This document shows positions 51,438 to 64,000 of a stretch of DNA of 64,000 nt, piece after piece. Position numbers and translations under genes: made by a program. Each line of letters begins with the position of its first letter. Position 1 is the stretch's first letter. Source of the stretch: Isurus oxyrinchus (Eukaryota); NCBI GenBank assembly GCA_026770705.1, contig JANJGN010000008.1, positions 74,214,001 to 74,278,000 of the forward strand. Direction: 5' to 3'. A model generated the notes under the pieces. It was not told the origin of the DNA, did not search any database, and saw only the letters and a list, made by a program, of their open reading frames with translations.

Positions 51438-53780
51438 GGGCAGAATTTTAGCTGGGCGGGCAGGCATGCGCCCGACCTACTCGAGTGTTAAATAAAGCAC
51501 GTTGACTTCGGCGGAGCATGCCAACATCAATGCACATTCTCGTGATACTTCGCTAGGTGGACTGCGATGAAGACGGAGGAGTGCCCGCCATTAATTAAGT
51601 GGCCTGTTAAGGCCCTTGAGACACCAATTGTCTCTGACTTTACATAGCCCGTGCAATGTTTAGGCCGTTGCACGGGCAAAACGAACAGGCGGGCAGGCCA
51701 CAATTTGCAAAACCTCACCCACGGGCAGGATAAGAGGAGTCAGTGGCCTTGTCAAAGTGATTAGTGAGGAGTACAGGGTGTCACTTGCTGCTGGTTGCTG
51801 CTGTGAACAAGACAGCTTCATCTCGCTTCAGAGCTGCATTCAGTGCATTTAGAAGCTTCAGTTCAGGACTCAGTGTTGTTTTCCAGGACCCTGTAGGGTT
51901 CACTCTGTATGGGGCCTTCCAGGTATCAGACAGCCTTCCTTTACCCTGGTAATGGGGATTGTGGTCTCCACTGGAGACACCTCCTCTGAGGAGGAAGAGA
52001 GGGCCAGAAGGGGGAGGAGGCCAGGTGCCCCTATTCATCTTCCAGGACAGCAACCTGTGGGAGGAGAGGCGCAGGCACAAGGGGTGCAGGGCCAACAGGA
52101 AGTCCAAGGTGGAAGTGACCACAGAAGATGCCACTATCCTGCTGCCAGGGTTTATAGGTGGCGATGCAGCTACCTCAATATGTCCGACTTGCAATGCCGA
52201 AGGAGGCTCCGCCTCTCACGGGAGACAGTGTCCTTCCTCTGTCAGAGGATCGGCCCTGAGATCAGCTCCGACTGTGTGGGTGGACACCTCATGCCAGTGG
52301 CACTGAAGGTCACAGTGGCCCCCAGCGTCTATGCATCTGGCTCTTTCAAGGGGTCAGTGGGGGATCTGTGCTGAGTCTCCCAATCAGCTGTCCACAGTTG
52401 CGTCAAACTGGTGACAGATGCTCTGTTCAGGTGGGTATTGACTTTCATTCATTACTGTACGAACGAGGCCAGCCAGGCAGAGCCAGCCAGAGGTTTTGCT
52501 GCGGTTGCTGGGTTCCCCTAAATTCAGAATGCCATCGACTGCACACATGTGGCCATCAAGGTGCCAGCGGCTGAGGCGGGAGCCTTCATCACCAGGAAGG
52601 GCTTCCACTCCATGAACGTGCAGATAGTGCGTGATCACAAGATGCAGATTCTGCAAGTCTGTGTAAGGTACCCAGGCAGCTCCCAAGACGCATACATCCT
52701 GAGACAGTCCCGGGTGCCGGGGCTTTTCAGTGCTCCAGCCTGACTGGATGATGGCTGCTGGATGACAAGGGCTATCCCCTCAAAAGGTGGTTTATGACAC
52801 CTCCCTGTTATCTAAGAACAGAGGCCGAGCAGTGATAGAACAGGAGGCATGCCTCCACAAGGGCGGTAGCAGACAGAACCATAGGTCTCAAGATGCTCTT
52901 CTGGACCGTTCAGGGGGCGCACTCCAATACTTCCAGATCGTGCGTCACTGATATTGGTTGCATGCTGCACTCTCCACAACCTGGCACTGGCAAGGGGGAC
53001 CCAGTGGAGGAAGAAGATCTTGACACAGCTGAACAGGCAACAGATGATGAGTCCAGTCGTGAGTCTGACGACGAGTGTGGCGAGGAGAAAGCTGAGGGCA
53101 TAGATGCTGACCTGGGTAACCTACAGGGAGGCAGGGACACTGGGGATGCATTGATCCATTGCTCCTTCAACTAGATTATCAAATAAGAACCACCACCACA
53201 TGCCATGGCTGCAAGCTCCATACTCGATCCTTGACAAGACCAATTCCTTGGTCAACAACATATACTCTGTGCCTTTGCAATAAAGTTTCAGGAGACACAT
53301 GTCCATTGTTATGTAATGGCCTACCCTGCACCTACAGAACAAGTGAAGTATACAGAGGCCAATTGCACAAAATAACATCTCAGTTACTTGTGAATGTTAG
53401 AAGTCGCAGAATGTTTTCCATCACACCATTAAAAAATGAAGAAAAATGGACCCCGCTGGCCTGCCTCCTGCCTGCCGTGTCCATCTGCTTGCTACAGTCT
53501 CCATTGGCAACACTTCCGCATCCTTCGGTGGCAGCCTGTCAGGCGCTGTCGAGGCCACATTTTAATCGGCCGCCGGGTCACCACTTTCCCCGGCGGAGAT
53601 CATGCCCCTGCCCCCGCTCGCCCCTTCACCTACATTCCAGGCAGCATATCACACTGGGCAGGCCTTAATTGGCCCACCCATATAAAATCAGAGGGCACTG
53701 CCAATCGCGGGCGGTGGTTGGATTCCCGGCTGCACCCGCCCACTCCCGCCGATCCCGCAAGCCAAAGTAAAATTCTGCCC
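51438..53780 (+). mobile_element. Harbinger element with both TIRs, encoding only a transposase
   Basis: Perfect 13-bp TIRs GGGCAGAATTTTA / TAAAATTCTGCCC; TAA TSD. Confidence 0.93.
51952..53174 (+). pseudogene. Harbinger (HARBI1-like) DDE transposase with stops and frameshifts
   Basis: CRRRLRLSRETV, AIDCTHVAIK, RKGFHSMNVQIV, YPGSSQDAYIL, WLLDDKGYPLKRWFMTP, acidic C-terminus; in-frame TGA at 52372 and 52741. Confidence 0.92.
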
Positions 53781-53879
53781 TAAGTCTCTTTGCTAAGATT
53801 CGTGAACAAGTGAATATCCTTTTGGTCTGTTGGATGAATTCCAATTCATTGGATTCAGCTGAGTTCCACACTGCTCTTG

Positions 53880-54308
53880 TGAGGGTCTGGTTCAGTTGTA
53901 ACTGCCCTGAGTCTGAGTTGCAAGCTTGTGGGTTCAGGCTGCATAGCAGGAACTTTTGTGATGCTACAGGGAGCTTCACATTCTTGGATGTGCTGTCACT
54001 TGGATATAACACTAAATTGCAACCGTTCTGTCTCTCTGTTCAGGCAGGAGATTCCTGGACCAATTTGAGGAAGAGCACAAAATTCTTCTCAAGTGCTGAT
54101 GAATATTCATCCCTCAATCATTGCCACTAAATAATCAATTATCTGGTCACTTTGCTCTTTTGCTATTTATGGATCCTTTCTGTATGTAAATTGAATACCG
54201 CACTGGCCTACTTAAAAGTATAACTGCATTTCAGAGTAAATCATTGGCTATGATATGCTTTGTAATGGCCTCAGGATGTGATAGGCACTATACAAATACA
54301 GGTGTTTC
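53880..54308 (+). repeat. Degenerate DeuSINE-like SINE
   Basis: tRNA-like head (GTGGGTTCAGGC); 3' part similar to 23020-23180. Confidence 0.55.
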
Positions 54309-56329
54309 TTTTGCTCACTGGATGGAAGAGGGCTACTTGACTGAGATTATTTCTGTTGTGGTTTGAGCAAAACATAGTGGGGAAGTTAAAATCTTGCATC
54401 AACCTTTATGATTGAGTGGAATTGATGTACGGATAAGTCAACTGATTGTTCTACAGTAGATAGATGGACCTTATCAGTACCAAATGCTCTCAAACCCTTC
54501 AACTTCAAGCTATACAGTAAGCATTCAGTTCTGTTAGATACAGCCATAAAATCAACAACTTCATTGTACTACACCAAGCAGTTATATATTCTGACTCCCT
54601 TAGGATAATGCCATGAAATATGTTCCATGTGTCACATCAAACATCAGTTGCTCATTAAGGCTGAAAGTCCATGTGAGGAGTCAAGATGACACGTGAAACC
54701 ATTTCAGCTATTTTTATGCTTTAGATCACAAGCATTTATCACACATGAAACCCTCTGCTTTGCCCACGCTTACAGGTTATCAGGTGTAACCAGACAACAT
54801 TCTAGTTCCAGTCCCTGTAAACAATCACTCAGCTTTCACTTAAAGCTAATGGGCTTTATCATGTCATCAATTGTCCTCTGCCAATTTTCTTCCTCCCCCT
54901 TCCATGATGAAGCTGTAAATTCTTCGCTGTGGTACAATTCCATCAGCATCAGTCATGCTCTGGCACCAAAGGGTGCATAAATCACATACTGCTCCTACTT
55001 TAGTACAACAGGAAAAGTTTATGTTGGGATGTCTAGTTTAGTTATCCATTTGGTGACCTTCTGAGTTGCTGAATGCCAGGCAGGTTGCATGTGATGTGTT
55101 TCATGGTCTGGGGCTTATGCCACAATCACACTTTGGGTTGTCTCTCATCCCTCATTTTCCATTTATAGAACAAGTGGCCCCAATGTCCATGCTCTGTGTG
55201 GATTCCATTTGAGGGAGGTCAAAGCTAAGGACCTCTGCTGTTGAATCAGCAATGAGATGCTGGTCCTTTGTGTTGCAAGTATCCCACGATTATATCCAAC
55301 TAGATAGTGGATTGATACGAGTTGTGTGAATTTTAGCTGCTGTTCTCCAAAATGACGTGCGATTTTAAGCATTAAGATTTTGTGGTGGGTTTTTCAAGCC
55401 TTCATGAATGGGAAGGCCAGTGTTTTCATGACCCTTTTCTACCTCATGGGGCACAATGGCATCCTCACAATGCGGGACAGCACTGCAGGCCACCCAGTTG
55501 CATTAGGCTTAAGCATCTCTGACGTGACCCTCATGACATTTAACTGCACCTCTAGGCTCATCTGAGGCCTCAGTGGTTGCCCCTGCCCTTTTGCAAGTTG
55601 GCCTATGCAGGCCCAGATAATGGTCCCATGCTTAGGGTTACCAGCCATGACCAATGGTAGAACCAGCGAGTTTTTGCTTCTGATGGCAGAAGAGCTAGAA
55701 TCTCGAATGACTGCTTACAGGCAGAGGAAAAGGACTTGATTCTTCTTTGAGCACAGAGGAAAAAAGGCAATAGGAAATCAGCTTATGTATTCTTTTCCCT
55801 GGTCATATTGTTCATTGAAATTGATAATGGGAGCCTCAAAGGGGAAGGCACAAGACTATGAGATCTGGAGAAATGAGCAGAAGATCTGCCCTCATCGTGT
55901 AGCAGCTGCAGGACCATGTGGCAGAGCAGTATTCTGCAGCAGAGTAGACTATAGGGCCACAATTGTGGTGCAAAGTGTTCTGGCTGTGCTCCCCTTAATG
56001 TTTCAGTGAGTTCAAGGACCAGGTTCCCTCATGTCTCAATGGACTACTACACACAGGTGATGTTCTATGTCTATGTCTACGTGATCAGTTCTGCGTTATT
56101 CATTTACTAAGCATCTTGAGTGAACCCAAGCTTGCCCACACCTGATGTCCACCTACACTTCCAGCAGTACTCACTGGATTTTGGATATTTATGCTTACAA
56201 TTACACAGAAGTAAAACTAGGCTGGGTATTAGTGGATTCTTCTTCTCCCAGGACCTATGGAGCAGGTTTGTGCTGTGATTGCCTCATCATGCCGTTCTTT
56301 CAATGGAGAGCTGGGGTCGAGATCAACTT

Positions 56330-56580
56330 TTATAAGAACTCTCTGGCAATACAAATCAGGTCAAGGGGTCTCCCAGCTACATCTTGATCACATGAAGGGG
56401 TCGGAGAGGGACTTTTTAGATTATTTTTCCCACTAATTGGCCAGGGTTTTTAATTCAGTTTTTCACCTTCCAGAGAAGACTATTAGTGAGTGTTATGCAT
56501 AGAGTAACATCACCTACATAGAACAGGCTAGATGGAGCAGTGAGTCTTTACCTATCAATGTTTTTCATTTCTTTGTATGA
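56330..56580 (+). repeat. Old repeat with CR1-type 3' tail
   Basis: ACAGGCTAGATGGAGCAG..GTCTTTACCT..TTTGTATG resembles CR1 3' ends. Confidence 0.35.
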
Positions 56581-56947
56581 AATTTTATCAGAATGATGTT
56601 TTAAAATAAGTAACACATTGATAAAGGGATGAGGGTACATCTAACTAGAAGAAAGGAGAAAACATACTGGTTATCAAATTGTCCAAAAAATACCAAATAT
56701 GTTTCTTTGGCCTTTCTTCAATTTTATTCTGTATTTGCTTTCAAAATGGCCTCCCATAGATTTTCTGCTGCCTTCCATGTTCCCACCATTTCGCCTATAG
56801 CAATGCTAATATTATTTATATTTATAAATGCAGATCTTGGCATGTTTTTGGACCATAATTCTTTTTTATATGTGTTCTTTAATTTACTAAAATTGCTGCG
56901 GAAAGGTCTTTTAACAATTTATCAATTTGATCGATACCACAATGACA

Positions 56948-57228
56948 GGACATAGGACATAAGACATAGGAGCAGAAGTAAGGCAATTTGGCCCCTCAAA
57001 GCTGCTCCGCCATTCAACCAGATCATGGTTGATCTGGTTGTGGTCTCAACTCCACTTTCCTGTCTGCACCCCCATAACCCTGACTCCCTGGTCTATCAAA
57101 AGTCTGTCTAACTCTGCCTTGAATAAATTCAATGACACAGACTCCAATGCTTTCTGGGGAAGAGAATCGCACATACTAACAACCTTCTGAGGGAAAAAAA
57201 AATCTCCTCATCTCAGTATTAAAGGATA
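56948..57228 (-). mobile_element. CR1 3' end
   Basis: GGACATAGGACATAAGACATAGGAGCAGAAGTA tail; homologous to 14050-14330. Confidence 0.85.
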
Positions 57229-58304
57229 GATTGCACCCAGTATGTTTTAGTTGAGATTGTGGTTGTAGCTATTAGATCATATCATCAGTATTTCTAATTT
57301 TGCTTTGATTTAGTGAATCATGTAGCAAGAGGCATCTCTGTTGTATCCCAGACTCAGATGTGGAACTGCAGCCATTCTGTTGTTCTCAAGGGACCCTTTC
57401 TGCTGATTTAGGGTGTCAATTCTGAGAATGTTTTGGGGTAGATGCCTGTAGAGAGCCATAACCTTGAATTTCCTTGCATACAAATGCAATACATTTTCTG
57501 ATGTTGGTGATGATGTGCCCATGATTGTGGCATAATTTTAATCCTTTGAGGTCTCTGAGGCTCCTCTCAGCAATCATGCACAAGATGAAAATCTGTTCAT
57601 AGTGCCTTTGCCTGATCAGAAACTTCTACAGCCATCTGTTCCTCATACAAGCATTTCAATTCAGTTCTTATAATTTTTAGGAGAGTATCACAAGTTTGAT
57701 AGAAGAGACTAATGATGTACTGGTGTTCACACATGACAGTACCCATTTTAAAGATAACAATTAGCGCCTGGGTCCAAATCACAAAGCAGACATAATTCTG
57801 TGAATGGTAGGTATTCTGTTTCTATCATGAATTTTGGGAACTTTTAAGTCTAAATAACTGTGTAACTATAATCTTGTGTGTGTCTATTGTTTTATTTTTT
57901 TCCTTTTGTTGATAAATGTTTTAATTTAATTTTAACCTCTCTAAAGGTGTTAGTGAACTCATTTTTTCTGAATTCAGTGCATAAGTCTTCTCATAATATA
58001 ACCATTGTGATAATGTGGCCAAGTTTCCCTTGTGGATTTGGTCTGCCTGGCACACCTCACCTGACACATCACAACAATAATGGTGTATTCAGTGATGGTT
58101 ATACTGTTGAGCATCAAGAGAAACTGTTTAAATTCTGTCTTTTTGGATGGTCATTATCTGGCACATGAATGGCACAAATGTTACTTAACTATGTTCAGAG
58201 CTTTGCCTATCTGAGTGATCTAGGACTGAGCCCAGTCTGTGCAATTTGATCTGTAGATGAAGCTGAGGTTTTTTTGAATGAAGATGATGATGGTGATGTG
58301 TTAC

Positions 58305-58596
58305 AGATCACTCACAAAGTCTGAGTTGCTGTGGCAGCATGCATGTTGTAGCTGGGAGAAATGGATAGTGATGGTACAGGGTCGAACTTTCTTTCCATCA
58401 CATGGCTGACCAGGAATCTCTCCTGGTCTGATTGCCTGCCATTGGCTTGTATTGGAAGGATTTGCAGGATGATAATCACCCTGTTTGGCCTCATTGTGAA
58501 CACATCTTCCTTGGCCATTAAGTCCTGGAGTGGAACTTAAGTCTGGAGCTACTGACTCAGAGACAGGGATGCTTCCCACTGCGCCACAAGACCCCC
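58305..58596 (-). repeat. tRNA-derived SINE
   Basis: Head GGGTCTTGTGGCGCAGTGG (A box) followed by a degenerate B box. Confidence 0.6.
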
Positions 58597-59851
58597 ATAA
58601 TGAAGCCCATAAGGCATTCAAAATAAACAAATTAACCTCCTGCATTAAAGTACCAAATAAAGGAATTTCATGAGTGTGCTCATACATTTGTAGCTAATAC
58701 TGCATTGCACAATTTCACTCCATAGATTTAATTTGGCATAAGATGGAGTAAAATGTTAATTTATTTACTTTTTCCATTTAAGGTTCAATTTTATTATTTT
58801 TTGGTATACTTCCATCCATGTGGATAAAGTTACGGAGAGATACTGCAATAAGTTGACAGTGAAAATTTAACAAAACAACTTCTTTGACTTACAGGTTAAC
58901 GGTTAATAATTTTTATAGTTTTGCTAAATTCAGTGTTGGGCAGAGAAACTAACATTAATACCTTAATATTGAAAATATTTTTAAGTGATTGTGTTTTCCA
59001 GCAGTACTGACTACTAAACAGAAAGTGTCATCATGGCATCTTGCACATGCAGATGGAATATTGAATGTATGACCCATACAGCTCAAAAATTGAAATGTGG
59101 ATTTTTGATTTAATCCCCAAGTTGCAGGTTGAGGGAGCTGAGCTTTGAACATTAGAGGTCTGAAAAGCAATTGCATTACAATTATATTCAGCAAACTTCC
59201 CAAATCGATATCTCCAAAATGGAATGTGTTTAAACCACTGTTTGCTGAAGTTAATAAGTTCATATCAGCAGACAGGCCAAGGGAGAGAAAAGATGCTGGA
59301 ATGTCTGAAAATAAGGAAATGAGCAATGGTTTTGGAAACAAGTGTCCAATTCTAAGTAGGCTGGCAATCACATAATTAAATGCAACTTCCGTCTTTTCGG
59401 TAACTGTCCCTTGTGAAGTTTGAGAACCTTAACACACTTTAATATGGAAATGTATTTTTCCCTCAATGTTAAATCAAAATATATATATTATTCTCAATGT
59501 TTTTTTTACTCTGCCTTTAAGCATGTTCTGAAGGTCTTATTTTACTCTGATCAGAAATTCCAGACTGGGCTGAAAATTATTGATGGCCTTTTAAGCCTTG
59601 AAACTCTCCCTAAAAGGTATATTTAGGTTGACAGTGTAACAAATAATTCAGACTGGGCTAGGACGTTGGGTGCGAGGTGGTGGAGAAGGTATGATTACAA
59701 TAGGGCAGAAGTTGCCTGAGTAAATTAGAATGGTGCACACAAAGACTGGGAAAGAAAATGCTATCAAGTTTGACAATCTTATAAAAGAAAAATGTTATCT
59801 ATAATTGCTCATAACATTAGGCAGCATAATAAAAATTGCAGCATGATTTCA

Positions 59852-60580
59852 TGACCTGAATTTTATGCTCCCCTGCTGGTGGGATTTTAGGTGGGGGTGA
59901 GGAGCATCAAATTAAAGGAACAGAATTCCCTCTGGGTTCCCGCCCATCCTGGCCCCACAGCAATTTTACCCTATGGCCATTATTTGCCACTTATGGGCCA
60001 TTTCCCGCCCAATCTCAATTCTTAGGCTGGCAGGAAGATTTACCTGCTGAGGGGGTAGCCCGAAAATGAATGGACATAGATCTCGGCCGGAAAGGGGAGA
60101 AGGTGCCTCCATCAGAAGCCCCCTTCTGACTGCTGGTGCTCCCCCACCTCCTCCCCCACAAACCCCCCCTTAAGGTTCATTGGCCACTCTACCTCCCTCT
60201 GCCACGCCCCACCCCTCGGCCTTTCCCCCAACACCCTGTCACGGCCCCCTCAGGCCTTCCTCACCCTCACTGCCCTCAGACCCCTTAAACGTACCTTGTC
60301 CTCTGGTCCTGAGACTTAGGCTGTTCCTGAAGTTCATCTTCAGTACACTGCAGCTCTTGTCACCACAGGGGCTGGAGAGCTGCCGGCTAATCAGATTGGC
60401 TGGGAGCTCTCTAAGGCAGGTCTTCCTCCTGAATGAGGGGCAGAAATTCCGCCTGCAGCCAATTGATGCTCATTCTAGCATGAAATGACTGTGGGGCACT
60501 CAGAGTCGACAGGGATGTGCTCCCTGCAGACTCTTTGGAAGGGGGGAAGGGAATCCCCGTCATTTGAAAAATTCAGGCCC
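59852..60580. mobile_element. Harbinger-like MITE
   Basis: TIRs GACCTGAATTTT / AAAATTCAGGCCC. Confidence 0.7.
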
Positions 60581-60932
60581 ATGTGTTTTTAACTTTATCT
60601 TGTATGATGTCCTGTGGGAAGCTCTTCTTGATGGCTTCAAAGTAAATGTGGACTACAGCTGGGATTCTTATTGTACCAAACCCTCACTTAATTTCCCTGT
60701 AACGTTTTTCTTCTACACCAGGCCCATTAAAGTACCACTGCTTTCATGAAAATCTATTCATCAAACTTTTTACTTATTTGTTTATAAATGTATGAATTGC
60801 TGATACAAATCGTGAAAGACACATAGTTTAGATGTGATGGCAAAATGACGTACAACTCTCCTCTCCATCTGAGTAAAACAAAGGGATTTCCAAACACTTC
60901 TTAAAAATTGAACCTGTACCTCTTTAACCTAT

Positions 60933-61950
60933 GGGTGGAATCGTCCCAGATTTGCAGTAAATGTGGTAGCAGGCTGGAAAAATAATGTTTTATCTGCCGG
61001 TTGCTATGGTGGCTTCTCACATCGTATCATCCCAATCCCGCCTCATCAATTACGCATTACTGGGAAACACACTGTTTTGATGGTGGGCGGGTTCCGATTC
61101 GCTCACCATGCCATCACCTCACCACTTCATTATGCTGAGCAGCCATGTACAGACCTCTCAGTGCTTCCAGCCCAGGACTGCCATGCAGAAGACATGGCCC
61201 CGAAAGGCAAGAAGACTGCAACCACCCTGGTTTAGCAATGGGTCCTTCGAGCATCTTTTGGACACTATGGAGGCCCACCATGAGGTCCTTCACCCCCCCA
61301 CTCTGGCCGCAGGAGGGGCAGCAATATTATCACTCTGGCTTGGTAGGCAATGGCAGTGGTGACCAATGCCATTGCTGCACAGAAGAGGTTGGCCATCCAA
61401 TGCAGATAGAGGATAAATGATCTCACCTGTGCCACCAGGGTAAGGTGTAACCATCTTATATCTCTAAACTCACACACTCAAGCCCATCACACATTTGCTG
61501 GCATCTCACTCACTGCTAGCTCAAAGGGCAAAACCGCTCACTCCCTCACACACACCCTCACATCTCCATCTGGCCTCATCTTCTCTGGGAACTGCCTCCC
61601 CAGACCTCACAATATTGAGGCTACAGAGCACAGATCAGCTTGTGCCCCACGCACACCCTGGGATACCCCCTTCCCCAATATTGCCCTAGCCCTGCAACAT
61701 CTTCCCTTGCCTGATATCACTTCCCCCATTTCCCCAAGCAAGTCCGAGCCCTATAGCTGTTGAAAAGCCACCCATGCCTAATGGCTGGTCTGGTAGTTAG
61801 AGGCCTGCAGAGCCCCCCTAACAGTGCTGTGCTGTTGTCTGTGAAGCTTGGCACCGATGACTGCGAGTGCTGCCCAAAGCAAAGTAGGCTAACAAACCTT
61901 GAAGTCTTGAGCAAAGTGCATGTCGCTTATGTACAATTGTGGAACATGTC
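60933..61950 (+). mobile_element. Truncated Harbinger-type element with Myb/SANT exon at about 61194-61439
   Basis: Starts GGGTGGAATC; MAPKGKK..FSNGSFEHLLDTMEAHHEVL..AW..QCR.RINDL then GTAAG donor. Confidence 0.75.
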
Positions 61951-63074
61951 GGTTTTATGCACCAAGGAGTTTGTTTTCTCACCACTGCAGTCTTGATTCA
62001 CCTAGACAGAAAGATAAGCTGTTTTATCCCAAGCCTGTTTTGAGGTCTCAGACAATTGCAGAGCACTGAGTTCCCACATACATCAAACCCCCTCAATCAG
62101 CAGGTAAGGGCATTACAAGGCTAATATGCTTCCTTTTAATTTAGAGTTATTTTAGAAATCAAATTAACATTGTTGTTTTCTGATGAAAAAAAATTCTAAA
62201 ACCAGTTAAAAACTCATGCAATAGGGCAGTTGTGCTTCTCAATTTTTAAAAAAAATCCAGTCCACTTTACAAATTAAAACTGAACTGAAGTTCTTGGTTC
62301 AGGACTTGCTTTCTATCAATTGTGAAGACCAAGGTATATATTGCAGAGAGGAAGTGATGAGAGTGAAGGGTCATGCAATTAAATACAGAAGGACTGTAAA
62401 AATGTTTAGAACTTAAAGGCCATTAGGCCCAGAAAGCTTGTCCCTTTTTAAACAGATAAACATCAGTGACCTACCTACTCATTAGAAATAATTACTAAAG
62501 CTTACCCATTAATGTTGTTGTATATCATCTGTGTCAACCCATCACTCTGATGACAGCTTATACTTGTCAAAGTAACATTCTTGACTAGTCAGAGACACAG
62601 TTTAAAATAAATGACACAGGTAAGGAGCAAGTAAATGCCCAGTGCAACAAACACTGAATGGAATTGGAGAGTTGTGCAACGAGGATCTAACAGCAACCTG
62701 TGACTGTGAAGAATTGCAAGGAAACAGGAGTGTACTAATTCAAATGGCAAGTAAGTTGCCAAAAGTATATGGGAAACAATGAAATAAACAGGAAAGAATT
62801 TAATTAAGGAAGTGTTCAGTTAAGAAAGAGAGGGGTTTGAATTGAGGACATTGTGAAGTAATATCTGTTGGAAGAAAATTCTAACGTACATACAGCTGAT
62901 GCGAGGTATAAGGTACTCCAGGCAATTAAAGGTGAGGTAAAAGAAATCAATAGCATGAGTACCAGGATACATATTGCTGAGATAGGAGGTGAAGGTGGAT
63001 GAGTGAAAAGACAAACAATTAAATTTATAAGGACCATGAGAACTTTTAGGAAATAAATATTAAGGCTATTTCAC

Positions 63075-63381
63075 AATCAATTAAATCATTGACCCGAGCT
63101 GCCCGTCCAACCTTAAGGTTGGCGGGCAGGCGAAAAACCCAGATGGCCCTTGCATTTTTTATGGAACCTCATCCACAGGCATAATGTGGTTTCATGAAAG
63201 CTTTTAAAGTGTTGGAAAAATTTTTATTAACATTAACGGACTTGTCCCAGCTCATGTGACAGTTTCACATGAGGGGACATGTCCTTAGAATTTTTTTATC
63301 CCTTTATTCAATGTTGTTCAATGTGAAACTAATCTCCCTGAGGCAGCTCTGTGCCAGAAAGGTCTGAGCGGGGGTGGAGGC
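63075..63381 (+). mobile_element. Internal fragment of the hairpin MITE family
   Basis: CCAACCTTAAGGTTGG and CTCATGTGACAGTTTCACATGAG cores as in 30157 and 31283. Confidence 0.8.
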
Positions 63382-63511
63382 ACTTTACCCCAATTTAACT
63401 TATCTATTTAGCAAGGGCTAGAATTATCCATCACAACATCCATAGTCTCTTAAATGGTTCTACCATTTACCTCCAATAACTACACTACCCAGAAGCTTAG
63501 TCCAAGTAATA

Positions 63512-64000
63512 GGGTAGAGCTTTCCCTTTGCTGGGCACAGCGGCCGGGCCTGGGAGTGGCCACAAAATGGAACACTGCCTGCGATAGAATCCCGCCTGCA
63601 ATTTCACATTGGCAGACCAATTAAGGCCCGTCCAGTGTGAAATGCAGCTCTGGCCAGGAAGGTCTGAGCGGGGGTGGAGGCCTGTTGGCTGCTGAGTCCA
63701 ATGGCGACCCAGCTGCCAGTTTAAAAGCAGCCCAGGCAGCCCCTGGAAGGCTGCCATGGAGGACATTCTCTGAGCCGGCATGATGGACTCGAGTGTAGCT
63801 GGACACAGCGGAGGGCAGGTTGGGTGGGCATTCCACCCCCTGCTTCTCTGATGAATACCTCACCATCGTCCTGGAGGAGGCACCTTCCAGGAGGGCATGC
63901 TTGTCCCTTGGGATGGAGGAGGACACCGCATCTCACCAAGAGGCTAAGGGAGGAGGTGACAGCACTGGTCAGCAGCCATGATGTGGTGCGGCACTTCTGG
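63512..64000 (+). mobile_element. Harbinger-type element with start of a Myb/SANT gene; runs off the window
   Basis: TIR-like GGGTAGAGCTTTCC; PCFSDEYLTIVLEE homologous to the ORF at 26129-26458. Confidence 0.7.

Noticed and set aside
51952-53174. Domesticated HARBI1 host gene
   Set aside because: Has premature stops and sits between TIRs with a TSD, so it is a TE copy
57300-57780. Possible ancient integrase or RTE remnant
   Set aside because: Too degenerate to assign by eye

Overview
This is eukaryotic, repeat-dominated DNA with no host protein-coding gene that I can support; it is intergenic or intronic. The repeat repertoire (DeuSINE/SacSINE1-like and HE1-like SINEs, CR1 and HER1-like LINEs, Penelope pLTRs, Harbinger elements) suggests a cartilaginous fish. 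That is an inference from recalled families, not a database result. Retroelements: nested CR1 LINEs; a 5'-truncated Penelope element plus several short pLTR fragments, some carrying minimal hammerhead-ribozyme motifs; a solo LTR; and two decayed Gypsy-type LTR elements with recognisable LTRs and target-site duplications (TSDs). One Gypsy element (27533-35958) has the Gmr1-type order gag/SCAN-PR-INT-RT-RH and an inverted copy of its own RNase H inside an LTR. DNA transposons: many PIF/Harbinger elements, including a TIR-complete transposase-only copy, Myb/SANT-only copies, an old two-gene copy, hairpin-rich MITEs and a TIR family carrying a G-quadruplex-type minisatellite. Best leads are the hammerhead variant (CUGUUGA core) in an apparently young pLTR family, a possibly split two-component Harbinger system, and the antisense RNase H in the LTR. 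All TE coding regions are disrupted. Boundaries without a TSD or TIR anchor are approximate, and identities were judged by eye.
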